A stretch of 64,000 nucleotides of DNA, from positions 257,441 to 321,440 of the forward strand of contig CAVYJK010000020.1 in NCBI GenBank assembly GCA_963768765.1. Reading direction: 5' to 3'. Under the pieces are notes generated by a model. The model did not search any database. It was not told the DNA's origin and was given only the letters and a program-made list of their open reading frames with translations. The translations under genes were made by a program, and so were the position numbers. Positions 39,661-48,870 of this stretch are shown in pieces. Position 1 is the first letter of the stretch. Each line of letters opens with the position of its first letter. The DNA is from an uncultured delta proteobacterium. Lineage in GTDB: Bacteria; Desulfobacterota; Desulfobaccia; Desulfobaccales; 0-14-0-80-60-11.

Positions 39661-42600
39661 TTAATCCTGGCTGCACTGAGCCGTTAGGTCACTGCGGTCT
39701 TTGGATGGCGGTAAATACCTTCGCGTGATGCCGGCGCCCGCTCTCAATAGCGAAGCCTCTTCTTGATCTTCGCTTCGGAATCCTGCCACGCCGGCTTCGC
39801 GCTCGTAGGACGCGGCGATGCCCTCGAGGACTCCCCCGACATAGGGATAGTCGAAGTGCAAGCGCTCGGCCCAGGCGCGGTATTTCGCGGCGAGCTCGCG
39901 CTCCTGTTCGCCCCCTTCGCCCCGCCAGTGAACGCCGCGAGAGTTACGAACGCCGATATGGAATCCCTCGCCGATTTCAGGGGATGCTATCCCTTCCATC
40001 GCCTCGCACACCGCTTCGCAGGGCCATATGCCGTTCTCGCCCTCGGGCGCCTTGGCGAGCAGTTGACCGAGGCAGTGATCACCAATGTCGGCGCGGGCGT
40101 ACTCGCGGCATAGGCGCCGAACCTCGGCAAGCCACGCGGCGAGCGCCGCCGCGTCGATTCTTCCGTTTTCGTCCGTGCCGGGAATCTTCTTTATCTGGTC
40201 GAGAAGGCGATAGGCTGCCGACGCGACTGCCGCCCGCTGCTCGGGATTCTCGATCCTCCATTCCGGCGGATCCTCTCCTTCGTCACTCCGCTTGTAGGCG
40301 AGCGCCACCGCCTGGACGAATAGCGCCGGCGATTGCGCGATCTGGCTTTCGAGATTCGGGATTCCGTGCTTGCTGTCATTCGAGGGCGTCGATGAAGAGG
40401 AATTCGAGCTGGGCCATTTCATCACGGGTGACGCCCGTGCGGCCATCAAGCGAATCCAGTGCCTCGGAAATGTAGTAGCGGTCGAGCTTGAAATGGCCTG
40501 CTGGTTCGGCATTGACCGTGGCGACGTCGCGCAGCAGCCGCTTGAGGCGGGACGTCTCGATGTCCTTGAAATCCATGTGGACGGCGTGGAAAGCCGCGCG
40601 CGGCCGCCGGGCCTCCAGAAGGCGGTCGATCAGTTCGGTAAGCTCGGCGGGCGTGTGCCGGCCCCAGGACGGGAACACGTCCTTCCAGTACCCGGCGCGG
40701 ATGTCCTCGCCATAACCGTCCAGAAGACGCCAAGTGGATGCCTGGAACGGTGCGCATACAAATAGCCGCGTACAGCTCTTCGGCAGGCAGCCCTTCGGCC
40801 GCAGCCTGCAACACCTCGGCGCGCGAGTCTTCCTCGATCGCCCAAAGGAAGCCCTGCAGGCACCACTCGGCCTTGCTCCGGAGGTCTCCGTCAAGGGAAA
40901 GGCAGCGCCGGATGAAATCGACCCGCGGCTTAACGCCGGTAACGCACGACGCCATGTAATGGCCGACGGTGCCGGCGGCGCCGCTGCCGGTAAGCAATTC
41001 CTTAACACCCTCGAAACCGCGCTCGGTCCATATCTCGGTCATCGCTTCGCGGCGCAGCCTGTCGATCCGCTCGTCGCGCTTCTGATAGTCGAAATCCTCC
41101 TCTTCGATCTCGTCAGCCGATTCCTGCACCCACTGATCGGCGAATAGCCAGCCGTGCCGGATGACCGGATCATGGGGCCGGAGGCTGTCATAGGCTTCGC
41201 GGGCACGGTCGCGGGTCGCTTCCCCAAGCTTCCGGTGGCGGCCGCGTCGGGTGAAGGCGAACCGCCGGATGCGCTCGCGCAGCGCGGCCTTGGCGGCCTC
41301 GCCGGCTTTCCGGGACCATTCATTGATCAGGTCCCAGACCTTGGTCTGGTCTTCGTCGGGCATACCCTGGAGAGACTCGACGAGATCGCCAAGGGTCTTT
41401 TCGTCGTGGGATGGCCAAGCGATCAGGAAATCCAGAGCCTTTCGGTTGAAGTCGTACATCTCTTTGTGCGTGACGACCTGCCCGGCCCCGGAGGCGTCGC
41501 TGCGCCAGCGGGGCCTGTAGCTGTAGTGGCCGATCCGGGAACCCGGTTTGATCTGCTCGATGCAAATCTCCCAGCCGACATCCGGGAAACGCTTGATGAG
41601 CATCTCCAGCGCCTTGACCCTCTGCTCCACCGAGGCCGCCGTCTGCGGCATCCATGACCTGAAGATGGCCTGAAGGCTGGCGTCCGGTTTGTTCATCCAG
41701 TTGTCGTCGATCTTCGGCCGGGAGAGCTGGGCGAGGATCGCCGATACGCGCGGGAGGTTTTGCGGTTTCCAGGCAAGGCACTCCAGCGCCCAGAGAAGGC
41801 CCGTCCGCGACGGCGATGCCCCGAACGAGCCGCTGTCGACCGGCTTGAGAAGGCCAAAGACGACGGGGCTCGTTGCGCCGCAGGTCCTCTTCGATGATCT
41901 TCAGGAATTCATCGGGCGCGGCTTCTGCGTAGCGCGGCAGATCGTGGTCGTGGGAGAGCAGCTTTTCAAGCGTCAGCGGCGTTAGGAGTTTGCGGATCAG
42001 AACTGCGACCCGGCTTTCGACATCGATGCCGAGGCGGCTCTGGAACAGGTTGTTGCCGTGGACCGACAGGATGACGAGTGTCTCGCAGATACCCTCGCGC
42101 AACGCGCCGGAGTGATCGCGTTTCTTGCCGTACAAGGCCGCGGCCCACCTGTTCTCTTCCGGCAGTTCGAGCGCCGGGTCGGACTCGGAAAGGACGTATT
42201 CGGCGGCGACGAAGAACCGGTCGAGGTCCGCCGGCGTGACCATCCTCGCAATCGCAAACAAGGCGTCGATCTTCGAGGCGACACCCCGGTAACGTCCGGC
42301 AGACCACACCGGGCTGTCATCGAACCGAAGCAGGCGCGCGACGTCGTCTTCGATCGCCTCGTACTTTCGATCCGCCACATAGGAGACGATCTCGCGATCC
42401 GCCTCCGGCTCGGCATGCCAGGCGCCGATCAGGGCCATCGGCACGAGGGTCTTTGCCGTTTTGTCATCGCCGGCCCATGCCGGCGTCCTGATCGCTGGCA
42501 TTCTGCGAGAGGCGGCGGCGCAGGATCGTCGGCGAACGGCCCGACTCCCTTGCAAGCCGGTCGACGTCGCCTTTCTCGATTCCCATGGCGATGAGCGCCT

Positions 42601-43820
42601 TCTCGAAGGCGTCGTAGCCGAGCAGGTCGAGCGCTATGTCGGCTTCCGTATCGACCGCGTTGCGGGGACGGAAAACGATGCAATGAAGCCGACGATGGGC
42701 GTCGACGAGTTCGCGCTCGGCGTCTTCGGAATGGACAATCGGGATGAAAGGCACGGAGGACGCAAGAAGCGTCCTGAGCGTCGCCGGAGATGTGAAGACC
42801 GCGGCGAGGTCTTTGAATTGGCGGAGTTCTTCGTCATCGAACAGGCAGGCGAGAAAGGCGAGCGCCTCGTCCCGCGAGTCGGCCGCGACGACGAAGGGCC
42901 TGTCGCTCGGTTTGTCGAGCCACGCCTTGAACGTGCTCCGGTATGCGGCGATCGAGGGTGCGAAGATTTCGGGCGTCAGATGGGGCTCGCTGGCGTTCGC
43001 CCAGCGGCGCCATGCCTGCTCCAGCGTTTCATAGCCGCTGACCGGCAGGGCGAGTTGTTCGGCAAGCCAGATCTGCGCCGGCACCGACTGCTCCAGCCAC
43101 TGCTCAAGATCGCTCGCATCGAAAGCCCTGACGGCCTTCCAGTCGCCGGCCTCGTTCTTCCGTTTCTCCCAGGCGGTCTTGCCGGGCCAGTTGCGAGGTG
43201 TCACGAAGACGAAGGTGCTGTTTGCCCGCTCGGCGGCATCAACCGATTTCAGCCGCGCGGTATAATCGTTCTCGGCTTTGGCACCCGGCTTCTGGTCGGT
43301 GCCGAACTCCCAATAGGAGTTTCCCCTCGGGAATCCAGGGTGTGGCGGCGCCCGCTTCGACGAAACCATCGGAGCCCTTGCGCTGCGCGTTGTCGTAGCC
43401 GGGGAAGTCGACTTGGCGGAGGTCGTTGCCGGTCGAGTGCACCAGCTTCCGCAGAAAGACGGGAAGGTGGGTGCGGGCGTCGATTTGGCTGTCGGCCCAG
43501 TCCTCGATCTGCCTTGCCTTGATAGTCAGGAAATTCGGGACGAAGGCGCGAACTACAACCTGCTTTTCACCGGCGCGGCGCTCCTGCTGGTCGTAGGCGG
43601 CCTGCATATCGAGCAGCCGCTTCCGGTCGGCGCCGAACGCCTTCTCCAGCCTGACCGCCATTTCAGGAGACAGGGCGGATTTTCCGTTAAGGAAGTTCGA
43701 CAGGGCCGGCCTGCCGATGCCGAGCCGCTTGGCGGCGTCCTTCACGGACATGCCAACCGGGATGATGCTCTCGCGGACGTAGATGCCGGGATGGGTGGAC
43801 CTTTTGTACGACGTCGTCAT
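39661..43820 (-). CDS. XRE/HigA-type HTH fused to a ~1385-aa protein (REase-like N-domain plus long helical region); 5 apparent frame breaks
   Basis: Five tracked ORFs (43239-43820, 42464-43369, 41320-42555, 40446-41696/40376-41008, 39661-40512) join into one reading. The junctions are WIPEG/NSYWEFG (~43.32 kb), RRRLSQ/PAIRTPAW (~42.50) and RRNEP/VVFGLLKP (GGGG at 41865-41868). The last two are LYAAI/APFQASTW (~40.76) and FIDALE/DSKHGIPNLE (~40.38). The N-terminus MSVKDAAKRLGIGRPALSNFLNGKSALSPEMAVRLEKAFG is a HigA-like HTH. Confidence 0.65.
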
Positions 43821-43838
43821 TGATACTGCCCTCCAGTA

Positions 43839-43872
43839 AAAATGTATCGTGTTGCGTCACACGATACATTTT
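43839..43872. promoter_or_regulatory. Perfect 14-bp inverted repeat (candidate operator) in the divergent control region
   Basis: AAAATGTATCGTGT (43839-43852), spacer TGCGTC, ACACGATACATTTT (43859-43872). It lies 19 nt upstream of the HTH gene start codon, just 5' of its GGAGGG Shine-Dalgarno. Confidence 0.6.
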
Positions 43873-44102
43873 CCAGTCCGTCATGTCAAGGAGCCAAACA
43901 ATAATATTTCGCGAGCAGAAATAAACCCTGACCGGAAGCAGATAACTGCCCTGATCAGAAACTTATCACATCGCCAAAAACCTTCCATAACCAGACCATA
44001 GCTTGCATTTCTCCGGGTAAGGTGACAATTGTCGATCATGGAGATAGTAGCTATCTGTTTTCCAAGCAAGAAATTTTCTGTTGCGACAAAACCTGTGCTA
44101 AC

Positions 44103-45368
44103 ATGGCTTCCAGCGAGCAGGAAGACATGATGGACGCCGTTAACAGTTCGGAGCAATTCGTCTACGAGGTCTGTGAGAATTCTTTCCTTTCGCTGTGGAG
44201 CTACGTCAACCCTCAGGAGCGCAACCCAGGAAAGGAACTCTGCGATATCCTTGTAGTCTGCGATCCTCATGTCATTGTCGTGAGTGTCAAGGATATCGAG
44301 CTGAAGGATTCCGGCAACCTAAAGGTTGAGTGGGACCGTTGGAAACGCAAAGCAGTTAATGCGTCGAAGAAACAGATTGTAGGAGCAATTCGCTGGCTGG
44401 ATGGGGCTCGTGTCGTTGTGGCCAAGGATGGAACACAGGGGTTACCACTACCGCCCACGGAACGGAGGGTCTACCACCGGATAGCGGTTGCCTTTGGCGG
44501 ACGCCGAGAGATCCCCATTTCTAGTTCCGGTACGAAGGATGAGGCGTTTGTACATGTGCTTGACGAGCGAGCCTTCTATCTGCTGCTCCGATATCTCGAC
44601 ACTATCAGCGACTTCGTCCAATACTTGGCCGATAAGGAGGAGTTCTTTAACCGAGTTGCGATCATCATGGAGGGCGGAGAAGAGGACCTGTTAGCTCTTT
44701 ACATGCACAGCGGACGGCAGTTCCCTCAGGGATTAGATATGGTCATTCTTCAAGATGATCTCTGGCAAGGCTTCAATGCCAGGTCCGAGTTCCTTGCTAA
44801 ACTGGACAGGGATCGCGACAGCTATGTTTGGGACCGGCTGATTGAGTCATTCTGCGTCGGGGGGTTTAGAGGAGATACCTGGCAAGGCCCAGGGATGGCC
44901 GAATCGGAGCAGGCCTTGCGGGTTCTCGCGCGTGAGGATCGCTTTTGCAGGCGCGTTCTTGGACGGGCGTTCAGGGAATTCCTTGAACAGAGCAAGGCTC
45001 GCATGACCCGTTCCCGTTGCCTGCAGTCGTTGAGCGGGGTTGTTTATGTGTTCTTGACCTACGATTCGGACAGCAGTCCAGAGGAACGAAAACGTGAGCT
45101 ACTCGTTCGGTGCGTCGCGTCACTGTGTCTCTTTCCTAAGGCATCCACAATCATGGGCATCGACATCAATGTCCCTGGGGAGTTGCCGCGTGGCGGGTAT
45201 ACGAGCGATCTCGTGATGTTGCATTCAGACGAGGGCGAATGGCCTGAGGAGTACGTTGAGAAGGCTCGTTTATTCAGGGATGAACTAGGGTACTTTCGGG
45301 ACCCGAACGAAACCAGATTCCATGAAGACGAGTACCCCGAGAGGAATGGAGAAGACGAATCCCAATAA
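44103..45368 (+). CDS. NERD/PD-(D/E)xK-like N-terminal domain protein with an uncharacterised C-terminal region
   Basis: SEQFVYEVCENSFLSLWSYVNPQERNPGKELCDILVVCDPHVIVVSVKDIELKD resembles the NERD core, but has S-V-K where E-x-K is usual. The likely start is the ATG at 44103. An acidic tail ends the protein. Confidence 0.5.
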   Translation: MASSEQEDMMDAVNSSEQFVYEVCENSFLSLWSYVNPQERNPGKELCDILVVCDPHVIVVSVKDIELKDSGNLKVEWDRWKRKAVNASKKQIVGAIRWLDGARVVVAKDGTQGLPLPPTERRVYHRIAVAFGGRREIPISSSGTKDEAFVHVLDERAFYLLLRYLDTISDFVQYLADKEEFFNRVAIIMEGGEEDLLALYMHSGRQFPQGLDMVILQDDLWQGFNARSEFLAKLDRDRDSYVWDRLIESFCVGGFRGDTWQGPGMAESEQALRVLAREDRFCRRVLGRAFREFLEQSKARMTRSRCLQSLSGVVYVFLTYDSDSSPEERKRELLVRCVASLCLFPKASTIMGIDINVPGELPRGGYTSDLVMLHSDEGEWPEEYVEKARLFRDELGYFRDPNETRFHEDEYPERNGEDESQ

Positions 45369-45637
45369 GGCCGATCTCAGAAACTTATCTCTGAAAACTT
45401 CCCTTACCAGATCATATCTGGCATTTTTCCCCCTCAAGCGATAATTGTCGACTCTGGCAAGGTAATGAAACCCGAAGGCTTATATGTAAGCAGGGTTGCC
45501 TCCTTGACAAACTGGTCTTCATTGTGCCAATGTGAATTATTGAAAGGGTTGAAAGAGCTTAGATGTTAAAAGCTACCGATCTTCGGGAGATTTACAGGCC
45601 GCAAGTTAAGCATAGACTTTTCCAATAAAATAAGGGG

Positions 45638-47920
45638 ATGGGTATGCTGAGGAAGGTCATCTCGATAAGGAAGGTAGGCCGCTTCCTGAGATATTCCGCT
45701 ACCGGAGACGTTGAGTTTAAGCGCTATAACCTAGTGTTTGCCGAGAACGGGCGGGGCAAGACAACCCTCTGCGCAATTCTCCGTTCCCTCCAGGCCGGGG
45801 ACACCGCTCATGTAATTGGCCGCACTACGCTTGGAAGTCCGGGCGCGCCGGAGATTAGGATTCTCCTTGATGACGGACCTGCAGTCCTCAGCGCAGGGGC
45901 ATGGAGCACCACAGTCCCAAACCTTGCTATCTTCGATTCAACATTTGTTTCTGAGAACATTTACTCTGGCGATGTGGTTGACCTCAGCCATAAACGCAGT
46001 CTCTACGGGGTTATCGTGGGAGCGCATGGCGTGGCCCTTGCGCGCCAGATCGAAGGATACGACGCTGCAAGTCGGGAAAAGAGTACCGAGATAAGAGAAA
46101 AACGTGCGGAGGTTCAGGCCCTGGTGCCGCAAGGTTTGGCCGTCGAGGCGTTCCTGCCCCTCCAGGAAGACTGGGCTATAGATGCTAAGATCGCCGAGAA
46201 GGTAAAGGAGCTCAAAGCCGTACAGCAGGCAGAGGAGATTAGGACTCGCCCCGCCCTTTCAGAGCTGAACTTACCAAGATTTTGGATTTCATGCGAAAAA
46301 TTGCTCGGCAAGAGCATCGAAGGCATTGCGAAGGATGCAGAACGCCGCATAAACATCCAGATTGAAGAGCACGCCATGCATGAGCGTGGCGAGCCTTGGT
46401 TGTTCGAAGGCTTGGGCTACATACGTAACAATGAGTGCCCTTTTTGCGGCCAATCTATCAATGGTGTTGCCCTGATTGGTGCTTATAGAGACTATTTCAG
46501 TGAAGCTTACGACGCCTTGCGGGCTGAGATTACGACGATGCACCAGCAAATCGCCGATGCCTTTGGCGATCGGGTGATTGCGTCGATTGATAGAATTATA
46601 GACCAGAATAAAGCGGGCGTCGAATTTTGGTCAAGGTTTTGCACAATCACACCTCCCGTTTTGGACGTCGAAGTGTCGGGGACCTTGTTCAACCTCCGGA
46701 ATGCCGCATTACCTCTCCTCGAACGCAAGGCCGCTACGCCGCTTGAGCACGTGTCTGTAGATGCATCATTCACCGGCGCTCTTGATGCTTTTATGTCGGC
46801 ACGCAGAAGTGCTGAAACTTACAACCAGGCCGTGCGGGCGGCAAATGGCGTTATTGCTCAAAAGAAGGCTGCCACCGGTACCGTTGACATCAGAGTCGTT
46901 CAGAGCGCCCTCACCCTCCTTCAGGCGATAAAGAAGCGACACGAGCCAGAGGGCAAGGAAGCGTGTAAAAAATACATGGACGCGATTACAGAAAAAAAGA
47001 CCATCGAAGACAAGAAGACGAGGGTCAAAGTGAGGTTGGACGAGCACACGCGTGAGGTAATCGGCCACTATGAGAACACCATCAATGATCTACTCGAAGA
47101 CTTCCACGCAGGATTCCGGATTACTGGAACCGATCATGGTTATCCTGGAGGCGTTGCCAGCACTAGCTATCAAATCCTCATCAATGAAACGCCCGTAGAA
47201 TTAGGTGACCCCAACAGTCCCCTCACTATCCCGAGCTTCAAGAACACACTCAGCTCTGGCGACAAGAGCACGCTTGCACTTGCTTTCTTCCTATCTCAAA
47301 TAGAGCACGACCCTGCGAAGGCCAGCAAGATTGTCATTTTCGACGATCCGTTCAGTAGCCAAGATAGCTTTCGAAAGGATTGTACTGTTCAAAAGATCAA
47401 GAAATGTGGTGATGAATGTCACCAGGTCATCGTATTGTCACACGATCAGAGCTTCCTTAAGCGCATATGGGACCGTCTCGCCATACAAGCCGGAGACCGA
47501 AAATGTCTTCAACTAATGCGTGTCGGTTTACGCGACACGAAAATCTGTGAATGGGACATTGAGGAGGCGACGCAGTCTCCTTTCGCTGCAGACCGGAAAT
47601 CGCTGGCCGCCTACTACATTAGGGGCGAAGGTTCTCCCAGAGATATAGTGGTCAAGATCAGGCCAGTTTTAGAGACTTACTGTAGGAACCTCTATCCGGG
47701 CGATTTCGGTGAAGATGCTCTTGGCACTATTATCGGAAAGATTCGGGCCAACGGCCCCGTCCACCAGCTCTTTCCTTTGTTAGAAAAAGTGGAAGCACTT
47801 AACGAGTATGCGCGTCGTTACCACCACGGAGAGAATCCAAACGCCGCCACAGAACCTATTGACGAAACCGAACTTCATGGTTTCGTGAAAAAGACCTTAT
47901 CCATTATTGGATGTTGCTAA
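45638..47920 (+). CDS. AAA_13-type ABC/Rad50-like ATPase with a CxxC hook and an RloC/PrrC-like C-terminal tail
   Basis: Walker A FAENGRGKTT. Helical insert with ECPFCGQ (C267/C270, DNA ~46436-46447). Signature LSSGDKSTLALAFFL, Walker B KIVIFDDPFSSQD, and VIVLSHD. The C-terminal ~150 aa carry KIRPVLETY (R-x3-E), with His at PVHQ and RRYHHGEN. Confidence 0.7.
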   Translation: MGMLRKVISIRKVGRFLRYSATGDVEFKRYNLVFAENGRGKTTLCAILRSLQAGDTAHVIGRTTLGSPGAPEIRILLDDGPAVLSAGAWSTTVPNLAIFDSTFVSENIYSGDVVDLSHKRSLYGVIVGAHGVALARQIEGYDAASREKSTEIREKRAEVQALVPQGLAVEAFLPLQEDWAIDAKIAEKVKELKAVQQAEEIRTRPALSELNLPRFWISCEKLLGKSIEGIAKDAERRINIQIEEHAMHERGEPWLFEGLGYIRNNECPFCGQSINGVALIGAYRDYFSEAYDALRAEITTMHQQIADAFGDRVIASIDRIIDQNKAGVEFWSRFCTITPPVLDVEVSGTLFNLRNAALPLLERKAATPLEHVSVDASFTGALDAFMSARRSAETYNQAVRAANGVIAQKKAATGTVDIRVVQSALTLLQAIKKRHEPEGKEACKKYMDAITEKKTIEDKKTRVKVRLDEHTREVIGHYENTINDLLEDFHAGFRITGTDHGYPGGVASTSYQILINETPVELGDPNSPLTIPSFKNTLSSGDKSTLALAFFLSQIEHDPAKASKIVIFDDPFSSQDSFRKDCTVQKIKKCGDECHQVIVLSHDQSFLKRIWDRLAIQAGDRKCLQLMRVGLRDTKICEWDIEEATQSPFAADRKSLAAYYIRGEGSPRDIVVKIRPVLETYCRNLYPGDFGEDALGTIIGKIRANGPVHQLFPLLEKVEALNEYARRYHHGENPNAATEPIDETELHGFVKKTLSIIGCC

Positions 47921-47945
47921 GGGGCCGAATGACGAAATCGGCCCC
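47921..47945 (+). terminator. GC-rich hairpin directly after the ATPase stop (weak terminator/attenuator candidate)
   Basis: GGGGCCGA (47921-47928), 9-nt loop, TCGGCCCC (47938-47945), then CCTTGGTTT. The U-tract is poor, and the next gene starts 42 nt downstream of the hairpin. Confidence 0.4.
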
Positions 47946-47986
47946 CCTTGGTTTAAGCCAAATTTGTCCAGAAGAAAGGAAGAACA

Positions 47987-48361
47987 ATGAAATTATTTAA
48001 TCCGTCATCAGAACACCCTGCAAGGGCAATACAGGCTTGGCAGATTCTCGTAGGTCTGGCAATGGACCGAAAGACAATCACCTATTTGGCATTGTCTCGC
48101 CTCATGTATCACACGGATGCAGCAGGTGTCCTGCCCCAAATTTTAGGGCACATTGCGTTCTACTGCATAGACAACGAGCTGCCACCACTCACTTCGATTG
48201 TTGTTGGAAAGGGGAGAGGAACACCTGGAGCCGAAATTCCTGTCGATCTCTCGCAGATAGACGCCCAACGAGAGGCAGTTTATGAATTCGATTGGTACAA
48301 TGTTTACCCCCCGTCTGAGAATGAGTTGAAATCAGCATTTGACCGCCATCTTGAAAGGTAA
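47987..48361 (+). CDS. Small (124-aa) hypothetical protein, third gene of the plus-strand module
   Basis: RKTITYLALSRLMYHTDAAGVLPQILGHIAFYCIDNELPPLTSIVVGKGRGTPG recalls the wHTH of MGMT/alkyltransferase-like DNA-binding domains (T-Y-G-x-L-A...L-P...V-V). Tentative. Confidence 0.45.
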   Translation: MKLFNPSSEHPARAIQAWQILVGLAMDRKTITYLALSRLMYHTDAAGVLPQILGHIAFYCIDNELPPLTSIVVGKGRGTPGAEIPVDLSQIDAQREAVYEFDWYNVYPPSENELKSAFDRHLER

Positions 48362-48459
48362 AGACACCTTGAACGCTTTCAGGAACAATCAGGCCGCTAA
48401 CTGCGGTAAAAAGATAGCTGCTATTTATGCGCGACCGGCTACTCGGCAGGTAGCGTGTT

Positions 48460-48601
48460 GATATGGTTATCATATCTGTATCTCAAACCCTGCCAGGAGT
48501 TTGTTAGCCTTCTACGTGTTCGCCTTCACTTCCAGAGCTGCCACCAGCGCTTCGGCGGCTGTCTCAGAATCTCAAATATCTTATTGGCCGCCCGGGTATT
48601 G
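48460..48601. repeat. Direct repeat copy B (142 bp), overlapping the 3' end of the o-spanin gene
   Basis: 137/142 identical to 38435-38576. It covers the last 24 codons plus stop of ORF 48526-48870 and 66 nt downstream. Confidence 0.9.
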
Positions 48602-48870
48602 GCCGCGCCCAGCTCCGCCGACTCTCGCAAATCCACCTTATAGGTAGCCTCTTTAAAAGCGCTCTCGGTAGGGAAGAAGAGGCCCGCCGGCTGCCCCGTC
48701 TTAGAATCAATGAGCTTCTTCGTATTCAGGGCCGGTTCCGCCGGCATCTTTATATCGGGCAGGGGCTTTAGCGCCTCCTTGGGGATTTGCGGGCAGGGCG
48801 TGGCGCACCCCGCCAGGAGAATTAAAGTCATCAGCAAGACCATCCAGGTCATTTTTCTGCTGTAATTCAT
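48526..48870 (-). CDS. o-spanin (Rz1-like outer-membrane lipoprotein), overlapped architecture
   Basis: Lipobox LILLAGC, a Pro-rich mature region (TPCPQIPKEALKPLPDIKMPAEP), and a start inside the i-spanin gene in another frame. Confidence 0.65.
   Translation of the reverse strand: MNYSRKMTWMVLLMTLILLAGCATPCPQIPKEALKPLPDIKMPAEPALNTKKLIDSKTGQPAGLFFPTESAFKEATYKVDLRESAELGAANTRAANKIFEILRQPPKRWWQLWK

Larger units (their letters stand above)
38435..48601. mobile_element. ~10-kb accessory (defence-like) island bracketed by direct repeats A and B
   Basis: Flanking 142-bp direct repeats. The composition is mosaic: the 38.8-43.8 kb half is very GC-rich and the 44-48.4 kb half is AT-richer. The gene content is unrelated to the flanks. 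No intact recombinase lies inside. Confidence 0.5.

Noticed and set aside
43839-43872. Reading the 14-bp palindrome as a bidirectional intrinsic terminator (its arms contain A- and T-runs)
   Set aside because: It lies between two divergently transcribed genes, where no transcript needs terminating, and directly abuts the RBS of an HTH gene. An operator is the more economical reading, although an RNA hairpin role is not excluded.
43687-43884. A possible HigB toxin gene upstream of the HigA-like HTH (65-aa ORF on the minus strand)
   Set aside because: It overlaps the HTH coding region in another frame and spans the palindromic operator. It has no RelE/HigB-like sequence. The space before the divergent gene is too short for a toxin gene.
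43881-44270. 129-aa minus-strand ORF in the divergent region
   Set aside because: It overlaps the 5' part of the 44103-45368 gene antisense. It has no RBS or motif support, and it would leave no promoter space.
45369-45637. A sigma70-type promoter for the ATPase gene (TTGACA at 45504-45509)
   Set aside because: At 17-nt spacing the -10 candidate is CCAATG, and the better AT-rich hexamers lie too far away. The evidence is not sufficient to call a promoter.
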